Source: Centroscyllium fabricii (lineage: Eukaryota). Taken from it: a stretch of 64,000 nucleotides of DNA. The DNA is taken from assembly GCA_051313645.2 (NCBI GenBank), contig JBNRSN020000019.1:58776001-58840000 (forward strand), read 5' to 3'. The stretch's first letter is position 1. Every line of letters begins with the position of its first letter. This document shows positions 1 to 12,446 of this stretch, one piece after another. Under the pieces are notes generated by a model. It ran no database searches and had not been told where the DNA came from. It was given only the letters and a program-made list of their open reading frames with translations. The translations under genes and the position numbers were made by a program.

Positions 1-232
1 TCAGCCTGAGAGGAAGGAATTAACTTGAGTACAGATTGTCAGTGTTTGACAACTTCAAAGAGCTGTCAAACGCTGATATTTCACCTGACAAAAGCTCTTG
101 ACAGATGAAATGTCAATCCGCTGGGCAGGCTCAACAAGCTCAATCAAGTGAAAATCGAGTGGGTTGGCCACAACTCAATGGAGGCGGTTGTAGTCCCGCC
201 TCCTACACGCTTCCAGTATCAAAATCCAGCCC
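1..232 (-). mobile_element. Terminal fragment of a PIF/Harbinger-type MITE
   Basis: Ends in aaaatccagccc, the reverse complement of the terminus gggctggatttt of the element at 15528, and shares the subterminal gtagtcccgcctcc motif. Confidence 0.55.
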
Positions 233-1303
233 TGTGTATTTGTTTAATTTCTCAGCCATTTCCTTATTCCCCATTATAATTTCTCCTGTCTCAGCCTGTA
301 AGGCACCCACATTTACCTTTGCTGATCTTTTCCTTTTTACACACCTATGGAAGCTTTTACAGTCTGTTTTTATGCCTCTCGCTAGTTTACTCTTCTCTTT
401 TCCCTTTCTTTATCAATTGCTTGGTCCTCTTTGCTGAATTCTAAAATCTTCCCAATCCTCAGGCTTACTGCTCTTTTTGGAAACATTATAAGCCTCTTCC
501 TTTGATCTAATACTATCTTAAACTTTTCTTGTTAGCCACGGTTGGACCACTTTTCCTGTGGGGATTTTGTGCCTTAAAGGAATGTATATTTGTTTGAACT
601 TATGTATTAATTCTTTAAATGCTAGCCATTGCTTCTCTACCATCATACCTTTTAATGTAGTTTCCCAATCTAACATAGCTATCTCACCCCTCATACCTAT
701 GTAGTTTGCTTTGTTTAGATTTAAGACCCTAGTTTCTGATTTAACTAAATCACTTTCAAACTCAATATAAAATTCTATCATATTATGGTCACTCTTCCTT
801 AAAGGCCCCTTTACTACAATGTTATTAATTAACCCTTTCTCATTGCACAATACTAGATTTAAAATAGTCTGTTCCCTAGTTGATTCGGCAACATACTGAT
901 CTAGAAAAGTATCTTGCATACATTCTATGAATTTGTCCTCCACAGTATTACTGTAAATTTGGTTTGCCCAGTCTATATGTAGATTACCTTTTCCCCCATT
1001 ATTACTATATTACCCTTGTTACATGTGCCTCTGATTACCTGATTTATACTCTGCCCTACATTACAAATACTGTCTGGAAGCCTATAAACAACTCCCACCA
1101 ATGTTTTCTGCCACGTGCTGTTTCTTAGCTTCATCTAAACTGATGCTACGTCTTGATTTTCGGTGCTAAGATCCTTTCTAATGTCTTTATCCCAACCTTT
1201 ATTATCAGGGCGACCTCTCCTCCTTTTCTATTTTGCCTATGTCTTCTAAAAGTTAAGTATCCTGGAATATTTAGTCCGTAGCCTTGGCCACATTGCAACC
1301 ATG
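233..1303 (-). mobile_element. CR1-type LINE ORF2 fragment (endonuclease/linker), resuming after the MITE at about 2101
   Basis: ORF 518-943 (FLDQYVAESTREQTILNLVLCNEKGL...SDHNMIEF) is homologous to CR1 ORF 44576-45802 in this window; decayed. Confidence 0.85.
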
Positions 1304-2100
1304 GCCAAAATTTTCAAGTCCCTGTGAGGCGGGGTTTTCGGCAGGTCGGATGGCAAAATAGCGGAACCCGTGGATCGCGACCACCCCCCCCCCCCCCCAC
1401 CACCAGATCCCCGCTGCTTTTGCATTTTCCCCCGCCCTGTCCACCCATCCCGAATCTTTCCCGCCGCCTGCCGGCGCGGTTGATTGCTCAGCTCATTAAG
1501 GGTCCTTAATTGGCATGTGTAATGCCATTTTTAGGGCCCTTAGCAACTTTCACCCCCTCCCCACCCTAACCCCACCATCCTAAGACCCCGCTGGTGAAAC
1601 CTAGCGAGATCACAGTGGTCTTGCTAACTTTCTCCTTCAAGGTGTTGAAGGACATCGAGCAAAATGCTTCCCAGGCCTTCAACACCCTGGAGGAGTAAGT
1701 CAATCGCTTAGGTCAAGACCAGCTATGGCCAAAAACCTAGAAATCTTACCTTGCCAGATTTACTGACAGCCGGTGGCTAGCTGTCAAAGATTTGAAGCCC
1801 GTCCGCTCACCTGTCACTCAACAGCACTTGGCCTTTCCCATTGGTTCCACTCCACTGTGATGTCACAGTGGAGTGTTTCCATGGGAACTGCATACACACA
1901 GTTGCCGCAGCTGTCTGAAAACGTCCTGTAATGCCTTTTGAGCCCCAGAATTGGCCGCTCCACTGCTGCAATTAGCAGGGCCACCCCGCTCGCGGGGATT
2001 TAATTGATCAATTAAACGAAAATTGGCGGGTGGGACAGGAACCCGCCCTGACCAATCCCCGCCAGGTTCCCGCACCGCCAGGAAAATCCCCCCCCCCCCC
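1304..2100 (+). mobile_element. PIF/Harbinger-like MITE (same family as 4097 and 38308)
   Basis: Colinear similarity to 38308-39087, ends aaaatccccc, 3-bp duplication (atg) interrupting the CR1. Confidence 0.75.
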
Positions 2101-2624
2101 ATGTCTCCATAATTGATGTTAGATCAAACCTATTAATTTCTATCTGTGCTATTAATTCATCTATTCATTTAGATATGGTGCCTTTAGCTTTGACTTATTT
2201 CTATTTTACCCTGATGTCAAGTTGCTGATGCCTTATTACCTTTGTTACTCTCTCTGTCCCTTCCTGACCCACTCTGCTGATTATAACCCAAAACCGTACT
2301 CTGCTCTAGAGGCTTGACATTTCTCTCATTTATTTTAAATTTACTCTTTCCCGCCCATCCCCACTCCATCTCTGAAAGGAGAAAGAATAGGTCCCGCAGG
2401 GAGCGCCACTCCATCCACCTCCCCCTACCCCCACAACCAGCACCGTGTTCTGATAAAAAGTCTCCCATCACCCAAACTGCTAACCCATCTCAACGCCCCC
2501 GCCCCTTCCCACACTCCAACCTCCACACCACCAGCAACCCCTGCTGGAAAGGGAACGGAGGATATAGCTAGAGTCTGAAGTGACTGTAGCCAGTGTTCAG
2601 ACCAGAGGGTTGCAAGATGGGATG

Positions 2625-4000
2625 AATCATAGAATCATAGAAGATAGGAGCAGGAGTAGGCCATTCAGCCCTTCGAGCCTGCTCCGCCATTCAATGAGAT
2701 CATGGCTGATCTTTAGCAAGCTAGTACCCCGTCCCTGCCTTTTCTCCGTAACCTTTAATCCCTTTAGCTTGAAGAAATATATCCAATTCCCTCTTGAATA
2801 TGTTTAATGAACTGGCCTCCACCGCCCTCTGTGGCAAGGAATTCCACAGGCCCACCACTCTCTGAGTGAAGAAATTCTTCCTCATGTCTGTCCTAAATGG
2901 CTTACCCCTTATTCTTAGACCCTGGTTCTGGACTCCCCCGCCATTGGAAACATTCTCTCTGAATCTAACCTGTCCAGACCTTTCAGAATTTTATACGTCT
3001 CAATGAGATCGCCTCTCAATCTTCTAAACTCCAACGAGTACAAGCCCAGACTACATAATCTCTCCTCGTAGGTCATTCCTGTCATTCCAGGAATCAGCCT
3101 GGTGAAACGCCGCTGCACTCCTTCCATGGCAAGAACATCCTTCCTCAGGCGAGGCGACCAGAACTGTACACAATACTCGAGGTGTGGTCTCACCAGTGCC
3201 TTGTACAGCTGTAGTAAGGTATCCTTATTCCTATACTCGAACCCTCTTGATATGAAGGCCAACACACCATTTGCCTTCCTAACCGCCTGCTGCACCTGCG
3301 TGCTCGCCTTCAGCGACTGGTGCACAAGAACACCCAGGTCTCTCTGCACCTCCCCATCTCCCAATCTATTGCCATTTAAGTAATAATCTACCCTCCTGTT
3401 TTTGCCCCCAAAGTGGATAACCTCACATTTATCCACATTATAGTGCATCTGCCATCTATCTGCCCAGTCCCCCAACTTATCCAAATCGCCCTGTAACTTC
3501 CTGACACCCTCTTCAGAGCCCGCCCCCCCCTCCTAGTTTGGTGTCATCTGCGAATTTGGAGATATTACATTCAATTCCCTGATCCAGATCATTAATATAT
3601 ATTGTAAACAGCTGGGGTCCCAGGACAGACCCCTGCGGTACCCCACTAGTCACCGGCTGCCACTCAGAAAACGAGCCGTTAATTCCAACTCTCTGTTTTC
3701 TATCTGCCAACCAGTTCTCTATCCACATCAAAACTTTGCCCCCAATCCCATGAGCCTTAATTTTACATGCTAATCTTTTATGTGGAACCTTATCGAAGGC
3801 TTTCTGGAAGTCAAGGTACACCACATCTACTGGCTCTCCCCCATCTACTTTCCGAGTTACTTCCTCAAAGAATTCCAATAGATTAGTTAAACATGATTTA
3901 CCTTTTGTAAATCCATGTTGACTCTGTCCGATCTCATCCCTAATTGTCAAATGCTCCGAGATTACATCCTTGATAATGGACTCGAGCATTTTGCCCACTA
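2625..4000 (-). mobile_element. CR1 LINE 3' portion (RT and 3' tail), 5'-truncated and frameshifted
   Basis: ORFs 3513-4040 and 2915-3484: [25 protein letters not shown]; ttctatga-type tail repeats at about 2625-2645. Confidence 0.95.
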
Positions 4001-4019
4001 GCTTGCATTTGAGTTTTTT

Positions 4020-4850
4020 TGGAACAGTGTCCAAGGCCAAAGATAGAGAAGTCAGAGTGGGAATGTTGGGAGTAATTAAAGCGGTGATCCAGTCATGGGG
4101 GGGGGACTTTGGCGGAAGGGCGGGAACCTGGCGGGGATTGGTCTGGGCGGCTTCCGGTCCCTCCCGCCCAAACAGCTGGGAAGGCCACGCAATTTTAGTT
4201 TAATGAGGCTGTTACCTCCCGCTCCCGCCGACGGGGATTTAATTAGGTCAATCGAGTCAGGCTGCAGCGGAGCTGCGAGCACTTTGATTGACTGTTCCAG
4301 CACTGGTTGTTGTCAGTTCCCATGGAAACACTCCACTGTGACATCTAGTGGTTCCGCTATTTTGCCGGCCGGGCTGCCCAAAACCCCGCCTCACGGGGAC
4401 ATGAAAATCCCCCCCATGGTCACACTTGCGAACAGAATGGTGGTGTTTGGCAAAGTGTTCAGCTAATCTGCATTTGGTCTTCCCAGTGTAAAGGAATCTA
4501 TGCTGTGACCAATAAATGTAGAATGCTAAATGAAAGAAAATACCTGGTGAGTTGCTTTCTTACAGGGAAGGAGTGCCTAGGCAATGAATAGTGGTGTAGA
4601 AGGAGGGAAATGGACTGAGCGCAAAACACTGCTCTTCCAATTATCTGATTGAGATGATCTGTTACCTCATCCAACAATCATTCCAATGACACATTCTCTC
4701 TGCGTTTGTATTTGTTTGTTTAATTTTTGTATTTTTTTCCTGCCCTTCTTCTGGTTCTATTATGCTTTTACATCTCTTATTTTTCAGTTCTGAAAAGAGT
4801 ACAATCCTGAAACATTAATTGACAGTTTTTTCCTCAGATGTTGTGTATTG
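4020..4850. mobile_element. Degenerate Penelope-like relic hosting a MITE
   Basis: 4420-4600 resembles the reverse complement of the GIY-YIG-coding stretch at 36740-36900; degenerate hammerhead-like core near 4786-4822. Confidence 0.45.
4097..4416 (-). mobile_element. Internally deleted PIF/Harbinger-like MITE
   Basis: G-run/C-run termini, reverse complement of both ends of 38308-39087, 3-bp duplication (cat/atg). Confidence 0.75.
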
Positions 4851-5223
4851 AGTTAACCATGGTCCCTATTTTTGTGTCATCTGCAAATGTTGTACCCCCT
4901 GTATCAAGTCCAGATCGTTATTTTATATATATGTGGTCTCAGCCATGACCCCTGGGGGACACCACTGTTTACATTCGTCCAATCCAAAAAACATCCGTTA
5001 ACCACTATGAACTGTTATTTGTTCTTTAATCAACTTTCTATCCATGCTGCCACATTCCCCATAATACTGAGTTTTAGCTTTATCAGCAAGTTTCCAACGT
5101 GTCTTGTTAGCCTCTGTTGGCCTGCTCTGGGGAGATGTCAGGTGATGTCGAGGCTCAGTGCCTTCCTATTTGACAGTGGGGGGAGTGGAAGACTTCCCTC
5201 AGCCACTCCTGGTGCACATCACT

Positions 5224-5595
5224 CACAGAAACACAGAAGATAGGAGCAGGAGTAGGCCATTCGGCCCTTCAAGCCTGCTCTGCCATTCAATGCGATCATG
5301 GCTGATCATCCAAACCCAGCACCCCCCCTCCTACCCTCTCCCCATATCCCCCGACACCCCCAACTCGAAGAACTATATCTCACACACATACTCATGGGCA
5401 ATTTTTAGTATCTCCAATTCACCTAACCTGCATGTCTTTGGGTGGTGGGAGGAAACCGGAGTACCCGGAGGAAACCCACACGAACACGGGGAGAACATGC
5501 AAACTCCACGCAGAGAGATCCCGGGCCAAGCAGGATTCGAACCTAAGAGCTCCTTATTGCGAGGCAGCAGTGCTAACCACTGCGCCACCATGTCG
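5224..5595 (-). mobile_element. tRNA-derived V-SINE (HE1-like) with CR1 3' tail
   Basis: A-box tggcgcagtgg, B-box ggttcgaatcc, V-core gggtttcctccgggtactccggtttcctccc, tail shared with the CR1 3' end. Confidence 0.9.
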
Positions 5596-5836
5596 AAGAT
5601 AGGGAGACTGATAGGAAACTGGTGTTTCATAACCTTTCACAAAAAATAAAAATCCTGTACATTAAACATGAAAGGAACCAGTTAGTATTCTAAAAAAAAA
5701 AAAAAATCGCTGTCAACATTTTTTGGAAATTCTCTATTGCATTAACTGTTCTGCTGCTTTTGGACTTTGAGTGTTGTACAGCAGTAAATTTGTGCATGTC
5801 TGCAACTTTTATTTTACTGTGGTTAAATACTTTCAG

Positions 5837-5997
5837 ATCTCCCCGCTAAGTGCACCTTTAGAGGGTGGAACAACACTATCCATTTGTGGAAGGGATTTTG
5901 GAGCGATGAAAGCTGGAAAAATAAGTGCTAAAATGACTCTCATAAATGTTGGAAATGTTCCTTGCAAATTGGAGGCAAGCAAAAGCAACAAGAACAG
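5837..5997 (+). CDS. MET: MET exon 6 equivalent (IPT1): ISPLSAPLEGGTTLSICGRDFG...
   Basis: tttcag acceptor, ag|gtgtg donor, 161 nt as in human exon 6 (recalled); SAPLEGGT.L.ICG.DFG motif. Confidence 0.92.
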
Positions 5998-6288
5998 GTG
6001 TGCTACGAAGAAAACAACTCTGGCTAAATACTGACTGCTTCAGTGTTTTTAGTTATGGCAAAAGAGTCAGATCCAATTGGGATAAGTGAGCGAGAACTTG
6101 CCATAATACCTTGTATACTGCCAGACAAATGATCACTTGCATCAGGCCACAAGTCTTGCTCCAGGTTTATAGGTCATAAAAGCCAGCAAAAAGATGTAAC
6201 ACGAGGCTAGAAACCATCTACCACAGTTAAGTGAATGGCATCTTGTGGGGCTGCTAGTTGGAGCTCAATATGGATCGGGGACACTTCA

Positions 6289-6979
6289 GGCCCAATTTCA
6301 CCCTTGCCTGCCCGGTGGGAACGATACAGACAGGGATTAAAATGGCAGTCAACCGCGCCTCCCGTGTTTGCGTCCGCCACTATTTTAACTCTCAGGTTTT
6401 TGGGACTATCGAAGCTGCCCGCCACAGGCAGGTGGGGGCCTGGTCAATATCCAAATATCAGAGACTGATGACGTCTTTCGGACCCTGACATAAATTTAAC
6501 TGGGGATTGCAGCTGCAACGCAAAGTGGCAGAGCTACTAGGGAAAGCTAGTGGAAGACAAACCAGGGCCATAGAAGGCCCAGGTCAGTTATTTAATTCTT
6601 TTTTATAAAAGGTTTCCTTGTGGGCCAGGAGGGGCAGGTGTGCTCCTCGCAGCCTGACAAGGAAAACTTGAGCCTTCCCTGTCTTGGGCATCACCCCACC
6701 TTCCCCTGCCACAATTGCCATTCGACGTCCACCCAATGACTTATCTTAGTGCCAGGGACCGTTCTCTCGGATCCCCAATGCCAACCACCTGCCGTCGAAA
6801 CTTTTTCCCAGCTGCATAACCACCACGTCATGTCATCTCAGGGATGAGGCAGGAGTCAGCATGGCGATGTTTAAATGAGGCCCGGGAGTTAAGATTGCCC
6901 ACGCTGGCATCATCATGGATGTTTCTCTCCTTCGCCGACCACCACATGCCACATTCCCACCCCAGGTTAAAATCGGAGC
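6289..6979. mobile_element. Old Harbinger-like MITE
   Basis: Degenerate inverted termini ggcccaatttcacc ... ggttaaaatcggagc; GC-rich interior in AT-rich intron. Confidence 0.4.
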
Positions 6980-7243
6980 TGAACATCTTGGGAAGGAGAG
7001 AGTATAAAAGATACAAACTGATACTGCCTATATCTTTCCCCCTTCCAATGGCATCTTCTCCTAAGTAATTCTGGATTAACAATAGTTACGTGTGAAGCGT
7101 ATTTCCATTATTTTCCACCTCTTTGTGCTCTCTTTACAACTGTAGTACAGTATGACTTTCCAACTAATTTGTATTGGTGCCTGTGTGAAAACCTGGTCAC
7201 CTTATTGGAGCGTTTAGATTTGAATTTTCAGCAAAGAACAAAC

Positions 7244-7830
7244 CAGAAAAATTGGGAGGGGCGCGAACTTCGCCGGGGCACTACTTTTAGCGCCCTGAAA
7301 AAGTTTGCGTTCCGCCGCCAAAATTGGGATGCTCCAGCTCAATAGCGCGGCATTATGTGCCACAGCGCCATGTAGCACCATGGTACTGCAGGGCTCCCTC
7401 CTCTTATTAAAGGGAAGGGGCCTAGCGCAGGACGAACCGGGGCCCAGCTGCGCCACCAGGGAGCAGGGTGCCAGCAAAAGAGCGGAGGAGGGCAGAGGGG
7501 CCAGGTGCTGGCAGGTGGCCAGCAAGAGAAATGGCCGCCCGGCCCCTCCCCTTTAAATATCGCAGCCCCCAGCCGCACGTATGCCCCCCCCCGACCCTGT
7601 CGGACATAGTGTCTGGTGGTACATCCGGGGGCGCGACCCAAATTTGCGGGCAGGGCGCTGCGCACGGTGACGATGTCCTCGCCGGAGGTGCAGTGCCACA
7701 GGGTGCTCCCAGCTACCGCTGCCACTAATCTCCCGCTGAATTCCATGGGAGGCATTAGCGACGTTGCGCCCGGGTACTAGTTGCCTTTGGGGCACTAACG
7801 GGAGGCGCAAAGCAACCGAATTTTGCCCCC
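7244..7830 (-). mobile_element. Harbinger MITE, inverted relative of 60946-61637
   Basis: Colinear reverse-complement similarity to 60946-61637; ends aattttgccccc. Confidence 0.75.
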
Positions 7831-7990
7831 AAAATGTTTTATCCAGAAAAAGATGGGAATGAAGGAAGCAAACCATTTTTCCCGGAGTCTTTGTTCAACT
7901 TGGTAGAATATAAAGAATAAAATAACTACTATTTTGAGTCATGTTTCCTGCTTTATAATGCCAGATAACAATCTTTTTTTCTTTCCAAAG

Positions 7991-8102
7991 ACTTCTGTGC
8001 ATATTGGAAGCATTTAATGCCACACAGGATTATAATCCTGTCCATATTAATTTAACTTTGAACAAAAATTTGACAACACAAGCACACGGCTTCTCTTTTG
8101 TG
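7991..8102 (+). CDS. MET: MET exon 7 equivalent: LLCILEAFNATQDYNPVHINLTLNKNLTTQAHGFSFV
   Basis: Polypyrimidine tract plus aag acceptor, gtg|gtaag donor, phases 2/0 fit neighbouring exons; L.C...FS(F/Y)V pattern; too short for the ORF track. Confidence 0.85.
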
Positions 8103-8257
8103 GTAAGATATGTAGTTTACTCATTTTTGTAAGAATCCCTAAACTTCTAGAATGTGACAAAATTAGCTTTTGTTAATTGTGTTAACCATAATCAAAAATG
8201 TATCAAACTCTCTTTTGAAACTTTTTGGCACTTTTTATTAAAAACACTTTCATACAG

Positions 8258-8578
8258 TCGAATCTTGCTTGGCCCGGGACACCTCTGCGTGCAGTTTGCA
8301 TGTTCTCCCCGTGTTCGTGTGTGTTTCCTCCGGGTACTCCGGTTTCCTCCCACCACCCAAAGACATGCAGATTAGGTGAATTAGAGATACTGTACTAAAA
8401 ATTGCCCATGAGTATGTGTGTGAGATATAGTTCTTAGAGTTGGGGGTGTCGGGGGATATGGGGAGAGGGTGGGAGGGGGTGCTGGGTTTGGATGACCAGC
8501 CATGATCTCATCAAAATGGCAGAGCAGGCTTGAAGGGCCGAATGGCCTACTCCTGCTCCTATCTTCTGTGTTTCTGTG
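8258..8578 (+). mobile_element. 5'-truncated V-SINE (HE1-like)
   Basis: Close inverted copy of 5224-5540. Confidence 0.9.
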
Positions 8579-8724
8579 TATCTCCTCCCAACCATCACCC
8601 AAGGAAGCGAGATGTGTTAACAGTGTTGTCCATTAGACTCTGCATCGATCTGTAAACACATCCACACTTTGGATGATGTTCAATCTACTGTTCACAAGTT
8701 TGATTCTTGGTTTCTTCTGAAAGT

Positions 8725-9590
8725 TGATCCATCCCTCAGATGAGATGTTAACCGAGGCCCAGTCTGCCCTCTCAGGTGGCCATAAAAGATCCCATGGCAT
8801 TATTTTGAAGAAATTTAATGAAGAAGAAGGGCTACGGGGAAAGGGCAGCGGAATGGGACTAACTGAAGTGCTCTTGCAGAGAGCTGGCATGGGCTCGATG
8901 GGCCGAATGGCTTCCTTCTGCTGTGACCATTCTATGATTCTATGGATGCGAAGTTGGCGGTCTAGCGCCAGCCCGTTAACGCCCAAAATGGGCGCTAATG
9001 GGGCGCTACACAATTAGCGCTCGCGCCCAGCACGGAATTCAGTGGAGCGCTAAGTTGGGGGCTAACTGTAGCGCCCCAACTAATTTTGCGCCCAGCTGGC
9101 CGACGTGAATGACGTCATAGCGTTGCGCAGTGCCTGGGAGGCGCCCGCGACTGAAATTGGGCAGTGCCCGCTGATTTACCGCTGGGCGCTGCCCGCACCA
9201 GCTTTTTCAGGGCGTTACAGCAGCGGGGGAGCGCTGCTTAAAGGGGAGTGTGGCGGTCGGCCATTTTTATTGCTGGCTGACTGCCAGCACCTTCCCCCTT
9301 GGCTTCCCCCGCTGCTCCCCTGGTGGGGGTCAGGCCTCCGGCAACTGAGCCCGGCACTTCCCTCCAGTGCCCTGGCCAATATTTATCCTTCAATCAACAT
9401 CACTAAAACAGATTAAATGGTCATTATCACTTTGCTGTTTGTGGTAGTTCGCTGTGCGCCAATTAGCTGCCACATTTCCTACATTACAACAGTGACTACA
9501 TTTTTAAAAAAAGGACTTAATTGGCTGCAAAGCACTTTGCGATGTCCTATAAGATGTGAAAGGTGTTATATAAATGCAAGTCTTTCTTTT
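8725..9590 (+). mobile_element. Deu-domain SINE (SacSINE1/AmnSINE1-like) split by a CR1 tail (about 8813-8943) and a Harbinger MITE fragment (about 8950-9365)
   Basis: gatgagatgttaaccgaggcccagtctgccctctcaggtgg...aaaagatcccatggca, then cctggccaatatttatcc...ctacattacaacagtgactaca...tatataaatgcaagtctttc match the Deu-SINE consensus as recalled. Confidence 0.8.
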
Positions 9591-10179
9591 TACTGGGAAA
9601 GCTGTGCAGGCATCGACGAGCACATAACTGCCACCTGACATTGGCATTGCTCAATTAAAATCGGAGCAAACTTCACAAGTGATGTCCACTCATTAGGCAG
9701 TTATCTCAAAAATGTACCAGTACTGCTGGAAGCTGTCAAGTGTGCAATCCAAAGTAAAATGGGAACTTTTAAAATCTCTTGAACTTAACTGTCACAAAAC
9801 TGGCAACATCTGATTGTTATTTGACTAAACTGCCTTCATGCAAAGTAAATTGGCATCACTTCCAACAGCTCAAACTGTGTGTCGTGAAGGAAGAAAGAGA
9901 AAATTGCAATAGAAAAAAGATAGGTCTCTACAAATTTATATTTCTGCTTCAAACAGTTTTTTTTTGTCTTGATATCTTTTGACTTTTTTAAATAATTGCT
10001 ACAGCACCTTCTCATCCTGTTTTATCATGGGAATTTTCTTGAGGCTTTTCTGGTTGATGTTTTTCATATGGAATGATCGAAGTGCATTTTTATAATAACT
10101 TGTAAATGTAAAGCTGTGAATTACTGCTCCGCCAATGGTTCTGCTGGTTCAGCCAGTGTAGCTAGCTGTACAGACCAGG

Positions 10180-11660
10180 ATTGAATCTGTCGGGGGGGGG
10201 GGGGGGGAGGGGGGGAATGTTTTCGGGGGATCAGCAGGTGCAATCGTTGGCAGGTTGGGTGGGAAAATTTTTTTTTTTGACTGGGTCAGGACTCCGCTGC
10301 CATCCCACCGCCACGCGCCTTTCCTATCAACGCTTTGCAGACCCGACACACAGTGGCGGGGGAGGCAATTCCGGTTATTATGACCTTGTTAGCAGACCAT
10401 TAAGAACTATTTTGAGTTCACCTTCAGAGTTTACCAGGTCGCCCATGGGGTCTGTGCTGCTCAGGAATCACGTCAGGTAAGCAGGCCGGGAGTTGAATGG
10501 CCATGGAGTCATCTCATTACTTGACAGATGCAAATGTGCTATGAATGCTCCTATCTCAAAGCTGTTCACTTTCCAAAGTCAGAAGCTGTTGCTTACTGCA
10601 TTTGGAAGACAGATTGAGCTTTACGCAGGTTGCAAGTGTTTGGAGTAAACTCACTATCCAGTGTCACTTCATTGGAACAACCTCTCTCACCATTGACAGA
10701 TCGCTTCTGTCATCTCAAGTTCATCTGCCACCTATTACATCAGCATTGGTGCCCTTGAAACAATCTCACCTTGGTCCTCAGAATCGCACCACGATCAGCA
10801 GCACCAGGCACACCAGCAGCACCAACAACAACACCAACCACAACACCAACCTTCTCCGCAATCAACAAATGCAGCACAGGACAGAGGGCATCAGCACCTC
10901 GACCACATTGCTGCCCGGGACGCGAGGGATAGTCTCACCGTGGCCAGATTTACTTCACTTGACACTGTACACACTGGCTGCCACATGATGTGCCAGGTTG
11001 GCACCACCGCCCACCAACACCATAAAGCATCCCTACAATGCCGAAACCATTCCTTTCACACTCATCACCATTGTGGGGTTATTGTAATGTCCCACCATTC
11101 ATTCACTGCAACTCACTAAGACACCTCCAAAGGTGCACACAGATCCATCCAAAAATGCAACGTATTTAAAATAAAGGTTTCAATGTTTGACAGCACATTA
11201 GCAGAAACTTCACATGAACATTGGCTAAAACGCATAAGTGGTTACCCTTGTGTGTTGTTAGTTGGTATGATTGCACTAGGATGAGGGTGAGTGTGAGGGG
11301 TGGCTAGTGAGATGGAGAAGTCATATGTAGATAGAAAGGGATGGGTGAAGGTGCAATGGTGAGTTTCTGTGAGTAAGGATGTGCAGGAGTAGGGTAGGGA
11401 AGGCAGAGTGATGGGGATGTGATGAGTGGCACAGCAGGATGAGATTGAGTGTGGCTTTGCAATAACGTTTTATGATCTACTAAGATCATTGAAAGGTTTG
11501 CGCCACTGCAGCCTGGTCCTCCTGATGACAGCCCTGCTTGTGTCCTCCTGTGCAATGAGCAACCAGGCTGTGTTGGTCTCCTGGGGAGGTCTCTTCCGCC
11601 CATTGGAAGGGAAGAGAACCTCCCTGCATGCTGTGACTCCCTCCATAAGCATGTATGAAG
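10180..11660. mobile_element. Deleted PIF/Harbinger relic (Myb/SANT exon on the minus strand)
   Basis: ORF 11470-11784 contains REVLFPSNGRKRP...TAW..IA...RT..QWRKPFNDL, a Harbinger Myb/SANT-like domain; boundaries approximate. Confidence 0.65.
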
Positions 11661-11902
11661 AATAACTACTTGGTTGAGGAACCAGAAGGCAGCTGATAAT
11701 CGTGGAACCAAACTGTAGCAAATAGTCAGCCTTCAGGAGGGGTGGGGAAGAAAATTGGTGGGTAAAGAAGGGAGATGGGAACAAAACTGTGAAATAAGAT
11801 CATGAAAATATGGTGTCAACAGCTGTAGAGTTGGATTTTTTTCCAGCAATAAATGATGCCAAGTTTGACTGCTTTTCTTTTTTTTTGGACTGGGGGGGAC
11901 AG

Positions 11903-12039
11903 AATCCAGCTATAACTCGGATCTACCCAACTCATGGTCCAAAATCTGGAGGAACCTTACTAACTCTGACAGGAAAGTACTTAAACAGTGGAGGTACAAG
12001 AGAAGTTCTGATTGGAGGAGAAGTGTGTGATCTGAAAAG
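11903..12039 (+). CDS. MET: MET exon 8 equivalent (IPT2): NPAITRIYPTHGPKSGGTLLTLTGKYLNSG...
   Basis: cag acceptor, ag|gtatg donor, 137 nt; GGTLLTLTG.YLNSG matches MET. Confidence 0.95.
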
Positions 12040-12106
12040 GTATGCTTTTTTTTCTTTGCAAGAAGTCACACAACACCAGGTTATAGTCCAACAGTTTTAT
12101 TTGAAA

Positions 12107-12143
12107 TCACAAGCTTTCGGAGCACTGCTCCTTCCTCAGGTGA
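12107..12143 (-). ncRNA. Minimal type I hammerhead ribozyme in the Penelope terminal repeat
   Basis: ucac CUGAGGA a ggagc-agu-gcucc GAAA gc UU guga: core boxes, 4-bp stem I, 5-bp stem II, palindromic AAGCUU stem III. Confidence 0.8.
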
Positions 12144-12446
12144 AAGAGAAGTTCATTTAAAGACAGCATATATACAAGGGAGAGAGCAGTCTAATCTCTC
12201 CAACATCACACTTCAGCAGAGAGACATACAGAGCAGACAAAGGTGTTTTAACATATTTTAACATATTAATCAGGCACCAGTCTGAGATCAATGAGTTATA
12301 GTCACAAAGGGTCAAATGTTGCAGTCTTGTATCTGTGTGAAAACACACAATGATTTAAAAAAAAAAAAGGATTTTCCTTACTGGAAATCGCCGCAGCGAA
12401 CAAGACAAAGACGACTCGAGTCTGGATGACTCTACGTCAGGCAGGG

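Noticed and set aside
1-5836. MET exon 5 (PSI domain)
   Set aside because: No Cys-rich CGWC-type exon found; presumably upstream of the window
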